Below, one piece after another: positions 62,401-64,000 of a stretch of DNA of 64,000 nucleotides (position 1 is its first letter; every line of letters starts with the position of its first letter). The DNA is taken from positions 89,387,766 through 89,451,765 of the forward strand of contig NC_068987.1 of the NCBI RefSeq assembly GCF_001194135.2. The letters run 5' to 3'. The position numbers were made by a program, and so were the translations under genes. The notes beneath the pieces were generated by a model, which saw only the letters and a list, made by a program, of their open reading frames with translations, searched no databases and was not told the DNA's origin. Origin of the DNA: Octopus bimaculoides (Eukaryota).

Positions 62401-64000
62401 TAAAAATAGTGCAGTGCCAGAAATGATAGATGAAATGTTTTACTGTATTTAGTTTCCTTTGTCAATATTACGTGACTACGTGACGGACCAGGCTATCAGA
62501 TGTTGTTGCACATCGTTGGTCACAATGCGCTTCAAATGACGCCACTCCGATGGCTAGAAGCGGGCAGGCCAACATTCCTTTGTCAATATAAGGGGAATTG
62601 TAGAAAAGAATATAAGGTGAATTGTTGAATCAGAGATCGATATCTGCATTTTAGTTGGTGTCAAATTTAAGAAGTAGATAAGTATAGTTCTGTATTTAAC
62701 AATTTTTTTTAATATTTTATATTCAAAGCAGACTAAGCAGAGTTTTGGAGAGTTTTCCCATACCTCATGGGGAAAGTAAAGGCGTTTTTCCTTTGTTTTA
62801 GCATTCATGTATTCCATACAACGGAGATTACTATTCAGATTTTTTTAAAATTTAATTTTTTGCATTTGGACCCCCTTCTTTCGCATCTTTTCCCTTCCCA
62901 TGAGGCATGGGACTTCAAAACAGTTATTCTAAAACTCAGCCAATAGTTTTTTTTTTTCAAAAGGCTATTCCTGCGTTGCTAATTCTCACTTATATCTGGT
63001 TAAGTTCGATAACCAAATGAGGCGGAGAAATTCGAACTATTTCGTCGTGCCTCTGCATTGCAGCCGTCTGCTAAAACAAATTTAGTGTTAACAGCCGACC
63101 GCTTTTCCCTGCAAGTAACTGAGTCACATCGAAGTATTCAGCACCCTATACCAACTCTACAAATTTCTCCAAATTTTTCTACAACTTTTCCCCAGCTATA
63201 ACTATCTTTTACACCAGTTGAAAATGACAATAAATTGTAATTGATTTATGAGAAAAAAAAAACTCTAGTTATGGATATCATCGAGAAAGTCTGTTATGGG
63301 CGAAATTTGAAATGTTTTTCCCGCTAAGTCGTGACAGATCATAAAATTACATCGTCCTCTTGTCTCTTTCGCCGCACTCCATTCACTCTTGTCATCCAGC
63401 CTTCCCTATTCCCGAATTAGTCTCTTCTGATATTTACATTGGATGAGTCAGTTTTAAGTTATTCAGAATTATTTGTGTGATGTCCATTAGCTTAGCTGGG
63501 GACGATAAGAGCGGTCCGCTGTGGACGACGCTTTTATGGGGACGGCACTTTTGGGTTTGTTGTGTAAGCCTATATAGGAGGCAGGGGGCGGTAAACTCAA
63601 AGACTACTCCGAGTGGCACTCACTTTGACTACGTCACTAGTGATGTCCCCAGATTTTAGCAACCGAGGCGATCTTCTTGTTTGTCCTGTGCATAACATGG
63701 GCACTGGCAAACCTATCACTACACCAATATAATGATTCTCTTATCATTAATTTAGCAAGTAGGAAGAAGTGTGTGCTTCGCTATGGAGGTTCAATGAAGT
63801 AGAAATACGTCCAGAGTTGTCGCCCGTACTTAACAGACTCGGGTTAAAATAATGTAAGTCACTGAGCTAACGTTTTCTCCTCATCACAAAAGTATTATAA
63901 TCGTTATCACGCCGGGCAAAATTCTTGGCATTTTCGCCTGTCTTTATGTTCTGGGTTCAAATTTCGCTGAGGTTTTGCCTTTCATTCTTTCAGGGTCGAT

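Overview
AT-rich, repeat-dense animal genomic scaffold with 12 N-gaps. It is almost certainly a coleoid cephalopod, most likely Octopus; this is inferred from the repeat landscape of RTE elements with (GAT)n tails, tRNA-derived SINEs and very abundant microsatellites. Two spliced protein-coding genes can be rebuilt by hand on the + strand with consistent intron phases. The first is the 3' part of a C7orf50/cholesin (WKF-domain) orthologue (exons 1668-1727, 3892-4091, 5856-6003, 8840-8895). The second is a complete 5-exon, 399-aa TMEM237 orthologue (16652-26059). A probable signal-peptide first exon of an unidentified secreted protein lies at 55185-55221. The rest is layered transposon debris: RTE, CR1-type, HERO-type and Penelope retroelements, LTR remnants, and Tc1/mariner, Chapaev3, Kolobok-like, hAT and piggyBac-like DNA elements. 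The main things worth a second look are: a minimal hammerhead ribozyme in a Penelope pseudo-LTR; at least six unrelated long fold-back palindromes, two of them in or next to genes in a lineage known for heavy A-to-I editing; a 26-bp minisatellite with an 8-unit higher-order repeat grown inside a retroelement tail; an orphan CpG-rich promoter at 12.2-12.7 kb; and sequence evidence for a LINE-SINE tail partnership. No prokaryotic system or CRISPR array is present. All coordinates and alignments were done by eye.
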